Source: Botryllus schlosseri (lineage: Eukaryota). Taken from it: DNA of 64,000 nucleotides. The stretch's first letter is position 1. Each line of letters begins with the position of its first letter. Shown here in pieces: positions 53,601 to 64,000 of this stretch. A model generated the notes under the pieces. That model was not told where the DNA came from. It was given only the letters and a program-made list of their open reading frames with translations, and did not search any database. The stretch lies in assembly GCA_051294905.1 (NCBI GenBank), contig CM119371.1:21392001-21456000 (forward strand), in the 5' to 3' direction. A program made the position numbers and the translations under genes.

Positions 53601-56600
53601 ATTACGTTGCGCCCTGAGCCTACATTTTACCTGCAGTGCTGGCACGCTAGCTAACAATCGTATTGTGAATGGGTATTTTGACAACTCTAATTTAAAAACG
53701 TGAACATCACTGCCATATGAGTTCATTTCTCGATCGTGGGAATGCCTTCTTATTGGTGTTGGACGCTATATAGGCTCCTACTCGTCCTCCGATCTGCAAA
53801 AGCAGTGTATTACAAAAAAGTGGGCCGTGGTATGTGTCGGCGTTTCAGGAATCAAAATACGTAATATCGGTATGGTGTAAAATGATCATCGATGTCGAAG
53901 ACATGGCAAGAATACGACTACAAATAGACACAGAAAAAAAGGTCATCAACCTGTGTCATGTCCCTGTTCTGCCTCCGGTTATGATGGGTGACAAGTAAAA
54001 GATGAACACCTTCGGTCATACCTAAACGACACGGTCCAATTGCCCGAGTTTAGTTATCACCGTTATAAATGCTAGTATATATGGGCAAACTAGCGTAAAA
54101 CACCCATTGACGGTGAAAGCTCCAGTTTGATTCATGGGAGTGCAATAGCAAGTTACGAAGAGTTTCAGATTTATGAGATTCTCCGCCCCGAAACGTCGCT
54201 GTGCTCAGAGCGTCTTTACAATAAAAAGCCAGAGAAATACCCAATCCATGACCTAATGGGGATGCCAGATTGAGATTGTAGATTGAGATAATGTAATTAT
54301 GGTCGTCTCGACATCCTTGTATCTGTTCACTGCATCGGATTGTACATCGCGTGTCTTGTTCGGGTAAATTCAACAGAAAAACGAACAATGACACACTCAT
54401 AATTTGGACTTTTGTTATACTTCGACCTAGCTTACGACATTTGGTCGCGGCACCCTTGAGCAGTCAAATTGGCTCACCAGTGTGCCGCGGCACAACGGTT
54501 GAGAACCACTGTCGTATGTAACCCTATTTATCTGAATTGCCATCGAACAGAATTGGTAGGTTAACTCGCCAATACAGGCCAACAAAATAAAATAAGCCGT
54601 TTCTGGGGTTTTTGAGATTGCTGATTGCGAATATCACAATAGTTTTGCCAAATTGGCTCTTTGTCCGAAGATATTTATACCCCTAAAAAGTCAAAAATTA
54701 CTGTATCTACCCTTGAATATTTCACTTGCTAGGAAGAAAATCGTAGTTTTTCATAATTTCACACTGTGCATAAACATATAATTGACTATAAAGAACCCTC
54801 ATGTCGTTCTCAGTCATTATATCATAGAACATGACATGATGCGAAATATTTGTTTGTCATAAAAGCAGTTTGTGAAGCCTAAAAATTGTACTTTTGCACG
54901 ACCGTAAATACATAGGCCTATTCTTCTGTATCAATTGATTATTCTACCAAGATTAAAGAGGATTATAAAACTATAAATTTTGTCCGTGCAAAGCTTAACT
55001 GCAATACTCGAATGCGTCTCATTTCTTTTGACTGATAAATGGATAATTTTCCAACAAAGTGGGTATATCTAGTAACCTTATCAAACGAGAAGCTTAAATC
55101 TGGTATCCGGTATATTAGAATTTGAATGAAAGATTCCAATTTCGCATTAGGAAGGAGTTGACTGCATGTAATTTCTCCTAAGATGTAGTAAATATAATTT
55201 TTAAGATGATCACAAAGCACCCAACTACCAACAGTTGGTCTGAAAACTAGTAGCTGCATATCGAAAACTCGAGCATAAACATGAGCATGAAAGTTCACTT
55301 CCTGTTCAGTCATCTTGATTTTATTTCCTGATCATCTAGTTCAGTGGTTCTTAACCTTTTTTCCTCCAGCGCCCCCTTTCAAAAATTATCGTGCTCCAGC
55401 GCCCCCCGCCAACTTCATAATGTAAGGAATGTAATAAAGACAATGAGTAAGGGGGAGGGCACTTCGTCAACCCCCTAAAAACGATTGCCTTGCGCACCCA
55501 AAGCGTGATAAACCGAACTTCTGAGGGCTTCGCCCCCAAGAACCCCATATCGTGATTTGGATGGTTTGTGTGGCCTGGTCGCCCTAGGTACCAAAATATT
55601 CTACAATGCATGAATGAATAGGTGGTAATTACATATATAAGTCGCTATAAACTTTTTATCCTGTCAGCCCACGTAATCAGATTTACCAGTAGCACTGAGT
55701 GAGCTGTTGTATAGGAAAATAAATGGCACGTAATTAATAATTAAACATATTCGGGCGTGCCCGCAGGTACAATTATTCGTTCCCAGGGCCGTAACAGAAC
55801 TTCGTCACCCCGGACCCCCCAAACAAGAAACGTTGGTCCTAGGCCCCCATCGGGTGATAAACCAAGCTTCCGGGGGACTTCACTCCCAGACCCCCATTAG
55901 GCTGTCCTCTATTTGCTGATAGCCTATTAGGTATCTACATTGGGTGTGCATTTACTGAGGCAGCTATTCTCGCCTAGTCGCGCGAAGCGCGAAAAATTTC
56001 ACTAATTAATGATTGAATTGGTCAATATCATCGGGAATTGCATGTAAATTGCTAACACGGTCTCTGCGCACAGAAAATCTACGTTGCGCACAACAAATCC
56101 GAAGTCATTATTTTTTTTTAGTCGTTACGCACTGTTGTCCAGGGGTCAGTGCAGTGAGTTGTTGAGTGTGCGCAGACTCATCAAAACTTAAAGCGAACAT
56201 TGTGAGGTTTCTTGGAAACTGTAGGGCCCGTAACTAATATTTAAACATATTCGGGCCGGCGAACCCGTTGGTATGACTTCGTTGCATGATGCTATTTCGT
56301 GATCCCCTGTCTGCAATATCAAAAGATATAGAATCGCTCAACGGGGATATCGCCCAACAGGAATATCCCTGTCGCCCAATCGTACTAAACTACAAGACGC
56401 ACACGATTTCAGATTGGTATTTCTTCACTGACATAAAACTTTTCCCTGCCAGATGGAATTCGTCTTCTGGGGTTCAGATTGCCAAGACAGGAACATTCGG
56501 TGTCAGTCATTTAGGCGTCCATGGACAATTAAACCTATATGTATTTTGAAGGCAATATGTAACGAAGTTTTCGGTGTTAATTTGCTCTGAATACTCATTA

Positions 56601-59600
56601 AGGATATGTCCTATCACCAGATCATCTACTGCAAAGCCATTTTTCTCCAGCGCCCCCCCCATACTGCCCCCCTGAGCCCAGCGCCCCCCATATCGCCCCC
56701 TGAGCGTTTCCGCCCCCCTTCAAAATCGCCAGCGCCCCCTGGGGGGCGCTGGGGGCAAGGTTAAGAACCACTGATCTAGTTGATTAGCAAGGGGAGAGGT
56801 TCTACCAAGACATAAGAACAACAAAAGAAATATATCAGGGCAGATGAGATGAATAATTGAACCTAGTATGGCAGACCATTGCCGGAACCTTTCGAGAAAC
56901 TGCACTAACTAGCTTACAGGCGAAAATCGTACAAAAACAATTGTGCTTTAAAATAACGAATAATATTATATTCCAACTAATTATTTCAAATTTACAATAG
57001 GTGGTCAACGTAAAACTGATTAAATTATTGCCACGTTATTTGAGTATCTAGGTAAATACCTATATACATGACTGGAGTTTATTTATGTGCATGATACCCG
57101 TGAAAGTCTGTAACTATGATAAATCTATTACCCCAAAATTACCGTGCTGCTGCTGTATTCTGATTTAAAAGTGTCTTCTGTGTGTAAAAACAACAGATAA
57201 ATTTAATTTATAAACTATATTGTACGACTGAGCCGATATTATATCTAGTCATTACCTCGAAAATGGGAGATTTTGGTCGAAATAGCCCCATGGGTTATCT
57301 CCACAACAAGAGCCAATTTGAAAAAACTAAGGTCATATTCGAAATCAGTTGCCTTCAGAACCCCCAAAACCACTCTTACTTTGTTTGCCTAAAATATGTT
57401 TTGACCAGTGTTATAATTCTAATTCAGAACGCAATTAAGTATGGGCAATTGACGGCTCGTGACGGCCAATACTTGAAAGTAAGAATGTCATGTCCGTCAA
57501 TATTTCCAATTGGGCATTACCGCGCTTTTTTTTATCTTGTAGCTCCAGAATTTGATTTTTCTCGTAAGAGATAAGAGAAGGACAGAGGAAGAGTGTCAAT
57601 CATATTTGAAGGATTTACTGGAGAACAACAAAGGCTGTTCAGACGAATATAAAGCTATCCGATTTGCAATAAAGGAAACCTTTTCTCTTGTGAATCTTTT
57701 TTGCTTGCCGAGACCTGGAGACGCAGTTGAGGATTTGACGATGGACCAATGTGAGATTGAGGATAAAGGTAATTGTCGATTATATCATATCAGTAAAATA
57801 ACAACTTGAATTGTGCATAATACGACATGATGAAGGCATCGTTGGATAATCACGACGGCAATCGATTCTGTTATTCAAAGATATTTCATCTAATTTTGAG
57901 GCGATAAAAGTAAGACTGATATTTTCGTGCGGATAAATCCCGCAGGATTTTCGAATAGATAATCAAATATTTGTATCAGTATTATTACCACGCACCAGCA
58001 TGCATTGACTGATCCTTCTTTAGGGTTCAGCACCCCAATTTTAGAGGTGGGCCGCGGAACATTTTCAGATCGAACTTTTGGTCCCAACCTAAAAATGCTG
58101 CGAACCCCTGTAATGTATAAGATGGTTTCAAGTATATAGTACAAAGGTTCATGCTAATACGCGCCTAGTCTACCCACCTAGTCTATTTGTAGAAGTACTT
58201 CAAGTATTATTATTATTATTATTACACGGGTATTACAGTGACGCTTATCGCCGTTTAGGCCTTGTGCGTCACGACACAGATATAGGTACAGTTCAGTTTC
58301 ATTGTACAGTTCAGATTCATCGTACAGTCAGTATCTTCAACATCATGCATTGCATTGTTGGACGACTTTCACTCAGCGCATTCACTCTTTCACTCTTTCT
58401 CTTTCTCTTGCATGCGTCCGTCTTCGGGTCTCAGCTGCCGACTTTATGAGAGCGTGGCTTGCTCTGTGTCTGGGCTTTTTAACACACTGTTAGTACAGTG
58501 GGATCCTCAAGTATATTAACCTACCTGCATTACTTCCTAAAGGAGTTATGACTATAGACTACTTCTGCTTGACAATTTACAGTTTTACAGGAAAAACTAG
58601 ATTTAAAATACTGAATTATTTACAAACTTGTAAAACGCTACTTCTACTTCTACTTTAGTACCGACGACGACGACTTTGTCCCCCTATGAGTACGCATCGG
58701 CTATTTGAATTAGACTGTTGTATATGCAACCCACTAATATCACCAGTTATCAATCGTGTTTACAGTATTTTCCTTGAGGTAAATTGTAAAATATCGGCAA
58801 GGATGTTCCCTTCCTTTCAGATATCGACGCGAGGTTTCTGGATCGCGTCGACGAATTCTTCAAATCGACGATTAGTCCTGACATATTGAAGCCCAAGCTT
58901 ACAAATGATGAAAAGCCAATTCAAATCCGTAATTTGTATAAGTTGATGATATTATGTGAAAATCAGTTCAAGAAAAGCAGTGATGGTCTTATTGACCCAA
59001 CGGCAATTATGGAGGTAATTTTTTTTGCCTTGTAATGAATGTATCATTCGCTCTTTCATTTTGATAACCGCCAAGACTGCTGAATGCTGACCTCATCTAA
59101 TGTGAACCTCAACAAGGATTCTGGTAATTGAGAGGATCACGATCATCAATACTTTACAGATATTCAAACTATATATTCTCTTGTATTAGTGTATTTTGGG
59201 TTTCATTACTCGTTATCGTTATATCATGTCGGTAGCGTATACATGGCAACCCAGAACACCATCCCAACCAGGGGTCGTCAACCGTGGTCCACAAAGAAAG
59301 TTTTGAGTAACCCGCGAGGAAAATTATCTGCAATATCATAATTTATTGAGAACTTCCGAGGCCAACAAATTATATAATTAACCTGACTGCAAAATGGACT
59401 ATATTGATGGATGAAATATGAGTTCTGATGCATTGGCGTGCTGGTCAGGGGGTCCGTCTCAACTTTAGTAGATCTTCGGATATCGCCATGAAGTAAAATA
59501 TTTCGAAGAAGATTTATTTCACTCGATCGCCTGCTTTTAATATTGGTACCCCCACAGAAAATTAATAACACCTCCTATTTACAGATTTGAGTCCAACTAT

Positions 59601-62600
59601 ATTCGCAATTATTAGATAACATATCGACCAACATGCGGTAAATAGTTTCTAAATTGCATGTGGTCCTTGGACCAAAAAGGTTGACCACCCCTGATATATA
59701 TACCCTGCTTTCAATGGTCACTTTATATAAAAATATTGACGTTGTTGCTGCTGTTTTAATTGTATTGTTTTTATATACTGCCTCGTATAGGTTTTCTGTA
59801 AAACGCTATATTTAGTTGTAGATGTCATTCCTAATAAAACATATGATGAGTTTTCAAGAACGAGCTATTTCAAGCACTATATATCATTTTATACTATCAA
59901 CATTATCGCAACAAACAATATATTGATATTTTCAAATTCATTCCACTCAAGATTTTGGACTGACGCTCATCACGAGCTGAAGTCAGTAAATGCGGTAGCA
60001 AAATTTAAAGTATAGAAAGTTTGACGTTATGCCATAGTAATGAAAAGTAAACATAGTGAAGAACGGTAACAACAACTCACAAATGTAATGTGACATACAT
60101 ATATTTAGCTTCAAAACAACCGAATACCAACATATAACTAATGAAATATTCCCACAATATATAAATGCCATTTTGGCAGCAGAGAATTGGCTGTTCCGGC
60201 TTTATGATAAATAATATCAAAAAATTAGTGATCACTAGAGCAAGTTTTTGTTGCAGTTAAATCCGTGGAATGTTGCATTTATTTTTGAAAAAAGTTGCAG
60301 AAGTTGCATTCTGACCACATTTTGCTCGGTTGACTAAAAAAAAGGTCAACTTCCCAGAATCAAAAATACTTTCATGAAAAATCGCAAATTGCAAAAAGTT
60401 GCATGAAAAAAATGGACGAAAGTTGAAAAAAGTTGCACTAGAAAATTCCTTCAAACAGCTTGAAACAGCATTCTACATATTTTACGAGTATTTAGGAAGC
60501 TGCTGGAAGCTGTAAAAAAAGTTGCAAAAGCTGCAAAATCTTGCCCTAGTGATCACGAGTAACTATGGAAACTGATAAGAATAGGACGTTGTGTATTTTG
60601 TAGTTGATGAGTTTACAGCTTATGCACCGAACCGTGATATTTATATTACACACGATCTGTATATTGTATACGTATAACATGAGTGCATAATGGTCTAACG
60701 CTGCTGGACAATAAAGGTGTGAAAATAGACTTGCAAAGCTCCCTAAGTCATGCATCGCCCTTCTATGCTATCCCGGAAATACTGGACGTCGGGCAAAAGT
60801 CACTGATACCAGTTTTGCAGATCAGGTCTATGGTCGGACCCGGTCGGGGCTCGACTCCATGATTTGCCTATCAAGATGCCGAGCTCTTCGTCATTCTAAT
60901 ATAATTTTGGGTAAATGTGCGGTGCTTAAAAAGGTGTTTGCCTATGGCAGAATTGCAAGTAGTTTTTGTAATCGTGGTTGCGCATGAAATGTGAAGACCG
61001 TGATGATGTGATAGCAAAGTGCTCAAATTTATCCATGCTTTTTCCTAAACCATACAACATAGTGCGAATGGCATGCGATGTCGAATTCAGCTCAATATAA
61101 TAAGATGGTATTCAGTGTAGACCTACATTAAATGAATTATTGACTGCGAGGATGCAATTTCGAATCAGGCAAGATGTGGTAAATTTGCAGCATGACGTGT
61201 CCAAGATACAGCAAGTCACTCTGGAACATTTTGGTACACTTGATTGGAGGCATGATTCATTAGTCCCCAGGTCACGTGTCGCCGTGCCCATTGGATGGGA
61301 AACGATGATTCGTTTGAGCAACAATTCCTAAACGTTCATATTTGTTTTTAAGAAGGCGGAGTTTCGTGAATGGAGAGTTCAGCGTAGTGAGCCGGAACTA
61401 ACGTTATGAGTAATAAATAGATCTGTTGTCCTCGGTTAAATATTTCGGACTCGACGAGTATTTATATATTTCCGTTTATCCGATCCACAAATCCCTTACA
61501 CCCAAAATTTAGCTTGCAGACAGGTCCGGTTCTCCTCCATAAATTTGATCCTATTACAATTGATAAAGGTTTATTTGGACAGGCGGAGGACAGAGTTGCG
61601 TATGAAAGCAAGTTCGAACAGTTGTATAACGAATTCGTCGATGGGATCCAGGTGGGGATAGTATGGATTTATCAATATACAAGACCAACGAAAATATGAA
61701 ATCTGCTAGTATTGCACCATGAACATTTAAATTCTAGATCGAACCCTTTACGACGGTAGTTTAATATGGAAGGCTTGCCGTAGTAAAAAATTAAATTTGC
61801 GAGTACGGCCGATGACCATCACTCGTCGCACCCCAGTAAACGGTCAACGGGGGTTAACCCAAACTACTTCGTTAGGACATACATTTCCAACCAGAAATGA
61901 AGATACGATTGTAACATTATACACGAAAACACCTAATTTACATAGAAAATGGCAAAATTATTTCAAAATGGAATTATTTATGGTCATAAGATATCGAAAA
62001 TTTGATTTTTTTCGTAACAATTTTCCGTTTCAGGCAAATAATATCACCCTAATTAAAAGATAATATTGGTAACAGATTTCTTGAGTGCCAATTTCACGAC
62101 TATGAAGAAGATAACATGGTACTACATCAATGATTAGACAAGTAATCACCACCAGCTGATGCAATCACAAGTTGGGTTTGCAGGGTTGAAAGAAGTGATG
62201 GTGCCCAACCTCCAACTACGCAGACCACATGGATTAACGTTTCGTTAGACATTTATCTGGAGTCCTCTTTCCTTCTGTATTTACTGTGTCAAATCACAGA
62301 GATGTAGAAAAAAATCTAATACCAAAAACAACAATGGAGAGATGAGAGAAGTAAAATTTCAAAATCCAAGCAATGTTACCTTAGGTAGCAGAGTCGAGCC
62401 GAGCTGGATGCCTGTTGCGGTCGCTGCTGCCCGTATGATTCCTTGTAAAGCTGTCTTCCCTTCATCTATTAGCGCCGCAAACTCCTATATTCTCCCCAAT
62501 GTAAACATCCGCGATCCTGAAGCATTTTCAGTATATTGCCCAACAAGACTGGTAAATACAGTGGGGGACGTCCAGAGAGCCGATTAATATTGTTACACAC

Positions 62601-63905
62601 AGTACGCTATGACAGCTATATCCGGAATAGTCCCGTAAAAAATACCAATTAATGTAGTCAAGCATGCGTAATCCGAATACAAATATGGCTCTTAAATTAT
62701 TGACCCCCAGAACGAAACATGAAATGCCCAAAGTAACAATGTCAGATGGATAGACCGTAGCTGGCCGTTTCGGCATCCTCTTCTATATCTTGTTTATTGC
62801 ATGTTTGTTACGTAACGGATGAAAAGATCTGAATTGACGAATATTACAATCATTTCTGAATTATAAAGTAAAGACATGTTATAGTGCGACTATAAACGGA
62901 ATTTTTGAACTTCGACAATTTTAGCTAGGTATGATTCTGACAATTCTGTACAGGCTACATTTCATCAAAGTTTGTGTAACCATATCTATTAACGACAAAC
63001 TACCCAGGATACAAATGAGAATATACATTTGCAGGATGTAGGTGGCGAATCGGAAGAAGAAGTCGAGAGTTCTTGTAGAAGTCTTTCAAAAACAATCCTT
63101 CAGAAGTTCAATGAAGAAGTATCACAATGGAAAGTCAGTGATGGCGGAAAGCAGTACGAAACGAAATACAGAGATAGACTCACGGAGCAAATCAAAATTG
63201 CCATATCAGGGCGGGTTTCGAAATGGATCAACCAGCAGGTATATTCCGGTCTTAAGCGAATTCATGAAAATATGTTAATTGTCCTTATGTTTATATTATA
63301 TATATATTCAAATGAGGGTATACTGCTTATGAAATTGGTAATGCTTTCGGATGCGCCCTGTCAGTGCATTGAATTTATTTAAGTTATGTTCGTAATCCAT
63401 CATAGTCATAATGTAATTGAATATATAGAAACACATTTTATTTTAATATTGCAGTATTCCTGATAAGAGCCTGACTGATTGTGTTCAGACAATATACCGA
63501 CTCCATATCCTATTTGAGATAATTATTAATATATGCCGTGTTGTGTTGACATTTTTAACCCATACCAGATGATATCATAGTCTCTTCACACACCACTAAT
63601 CACGTTATTGCAATGTGCCAAGCAGAATCGGTAAAGAACATGTCTTCGACATAGCGTTCGCCTTCTGTATATTGAAAATCTCGTCAAGTTTAGATATCGA
63701 TAACAATTGCCTAATAGTATTTTTATTATTGTGGGATTACAATTGTTATGTCGGGATTAAGTTCCAAAAATATATAAATTACGATCATAAAGCGTGAAGT
63801 ATGTCTTCAATAATTGTATTATTACTCTTACATCAGGCTAGAAAGAAGCTGGAAATGAAAATTCAGACTGAACATTTATTGAAAGAGTACGATACCAGTA
63901 TTAAG
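38419..63905 (+). CDS. multi-exon atlastin/GBP-family (GB1/RHD3-type) large GTPase; first exon not identified, gene continues past the window
   Basis: Phase-compatible AG/GT exons at 38419-38616, 46085-46225, 53114-53269, 57428-57478, 57543-57768, 58821-59014, then 61116-61270 (tentative), 61513-61651, 62034-62118 (frameshifted), 63035-63238, 63837-63905. Motifs G1 GAARQGKS, G2 VTTG, G3 DTQG, G4 FLVRD. Confidence 0.85.
39017..42064 (-). mobile_element. CR1/L2-type LINE 3' remnant split by a hAT element
   Basis: 41740-41895 encodes SIKYAGPDVWSSIPPTIRKSTSMSSFKSQYKLLLL, a typical ORF2 C-terminus. The 3' UTR resumes at 39309 and ends in AATAAACCAA(TGA)n near 39017-39063. Confidence 0.7.
39318..41736. 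mobile_element. 2.4-kb hAT non-autonomous element
   Basis: TIRs CATAGGCGCCGACTT...AAGTCGGCGCCTATG; perfect TSD ACTGTATT; contains a nested element 39466-40460 (TAGGCGCGTAGCCA TIRs). Confidence 0.9.
44935..45274. mobile_element. hAT (Buster-like) MITE
   Basis: CAGTGGTTCCCAAC...GTTGGGAACCACTG; TSD TTTTACAC/ATTTACAC; TCGCCCC repeats. Confidence 0.88.
46085..46225 (+). CDS. atlastin-like exon, switch I (G2)
   Basis: TTGCAG|TGG...CCG|GTAACT; AFKVDSGYKSVTTGILLYNHTF, compare atlastin GFSWRGGSERETTGI. Confidence 0.8.
47223..49318 (-). mobile_element. hAT deletion derivative, GACTCGAGTC family, with transposase remnant
   Basis: TIRs CAGGGTTGTAA...TTACAACCCTG; perfect TSD ACCACTGC. Minus strand ~48565-48830 encodes DSLHFWPTRMDEYLMLFSVVQNCFSIPASNAPEERVSS...ILRPCRLNIYENLLFTLVFFKCN, a hAT dimerization domain. 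Confidence 0.9.
49938..50409. mobile_element. hAT (Buster-like) MITE
   Basis: CAGTGGTTCCCAAC...GTTGGGAACCACTG; TSD CTGTACCG/CCGTACCG. Confidence 0.88.
51420..51920 (-). mobile_element. degenerate Penelope-like reverse transcriptase remnant
   Basis: YLRHLGGTSYIVNNE...NSLHHLLRFTVAIERNNSLSFV and ISLVHRAL resemble the PLE RT motifs RYVDD...LNSLHP.LKFT.E.E.N..LSFLD and LVHRA. Confidence 0.55.
53114..53269 (+). CDS. atlastin-like exon, G3
   Basis: TCTTTAG|ATG...GAT|GTGAGT; IILMDTQGIFD...TIATLMSSVQIFNV. Confidence 0.92.
55342..56773. mobile_element. hAT (Buster-like) composite element
   Basis: CAGTGGTTCTTAACC...GGTTAAGAACCACTG; perfect TSD ATCTAGTT; GCGCCCCCC repeats; contains other repeat fragments. 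Confidence 0.88.
57428..57478 (+). CDS. atlastin-like short exon
   Basis: TTCAG|AAC...AAA|GTAAGA; NAIKYGQLTARDGQYLK, compare atlastin TEYGRLA. Confidence 0.75.
57543..57768 (+). CDS. atlastin-like exon, G4 (RD motif)
   Basis: TTGTAG|CTC...AAAG|GTAATT; LQNLIFLVRD...IKETFSLVNLFCLPRPG. Confidence 0.9.
58208..58506 (-). mobile_element. short non-LTR retroposon insertion with (TAA)n tail
   Basis: (ATT)n run at the left end; TCAAGTAT duplicated on both sides; interrupts another repeat. Confidence 0.55.
58821..59014 (+). CDS. atlastin-like exon, end of GTPase domain and linker
   Basis: CCTTTCAG|AT...GAG|GTAATT; phase 1 matches the previous exon; DIDARFLDRVDEFFKSTISPDILKPKL...LIDPTAIME. Not listed in the ORF track. 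Confidence 0.85.
60236..60548. mobile_element. hAT MITE with AAGTTGCA repeats
   Basis: TAGAGCAAG...CTTGCCCTA; perfect TSD GTGATCAC. Related copy at 52115-52987 (TSD CTTTTCAC). Confidence 0.85.
61513..61651 (+). CDS. atlastin-like helical-bundle exon (repeat 1)
   Basis: TTTAG|C...CAG|GTGGGG; LHKF...GLFGQAEDRVAYESKFEQLYNEF, resembling atlastin VKLF..[20 protein letters not shown]. Confidence 0.6.
63035..63238 (+). CDS. atlastin-like helical-bundle exon (repeat 2)
   Basis: TTTGCAG|GAT...CAG|GTATAT, 68 codons; SKTILQKF...DGGKQYETKYRDRLTEQI. Confidence 0.75.
63837..63905 (+). CDS. short helical exon (start of a possible repeat 3)
   Basis: CATCAG|GCT...AAG|GTAAAT, 23 codons: ARKKLEMKIQTEHLLKEYDTSIK. 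Confidence 0.65.
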
Positions 63906-64000
63906 GTAAATATCGTTTGCACTCAATATTCAGCAGACATTGACGTACAATATCGAAATACCGGTTACAGTTGTAGGCAATGTTCCCTCTAATTTTTGAC

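Noticed and set aside
59952..60047. Possible extra atlastin helix exon (TDAHHELKSVNAVAKFKV...YAIVMK)
   Set aside because: Two in-frame stops, and the acceptor phase does not fit the previous exon; at most a dead exon.

Overview
AT-rich animal genomic DNA with spliceosomal introns. An invertebrate such as a tunicate is plausible but cannot be shown from the sequence alone. Most of the window is transposon-derived. (1) 24898-36387 is an 11.5 kb PIF/Harbinger element (16-bp TIRs, decayed transposase) that hosts nested insertions. The largest is a young, full-length Ty3/Gypsy LTR retrotransposon (29397-34897, minus strand, identical 165-bp LTRs, 5-bp TSD AAGTC). Its single gag-pol ORF is interrupted only by a hAT MITE, and its 5' LTR carries a tRNA-derived SINE. 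The retroelement has no tRNA primer-binding site. Instead, the sequence just inside the 5' LTR is a 14-nt perfect complement of part of its own LTR, suggesting self-priming. (2) From 38419 to beyond the window end lies a multi-exon atlastin/GBP-family GTPase gene on the plus strand. All G motifs are intact and the helical-bundle module appears to be tandemly repeated; one candidate exon carries a 1-nt frameshift. (3) The rest holds many hAT non-autonomous elements and MITEs with 8-bp TSDs, one CACT-ended element, and LINE and Penelope-like remnants. All calls come from reading the sequence by eye; no database searches were run.
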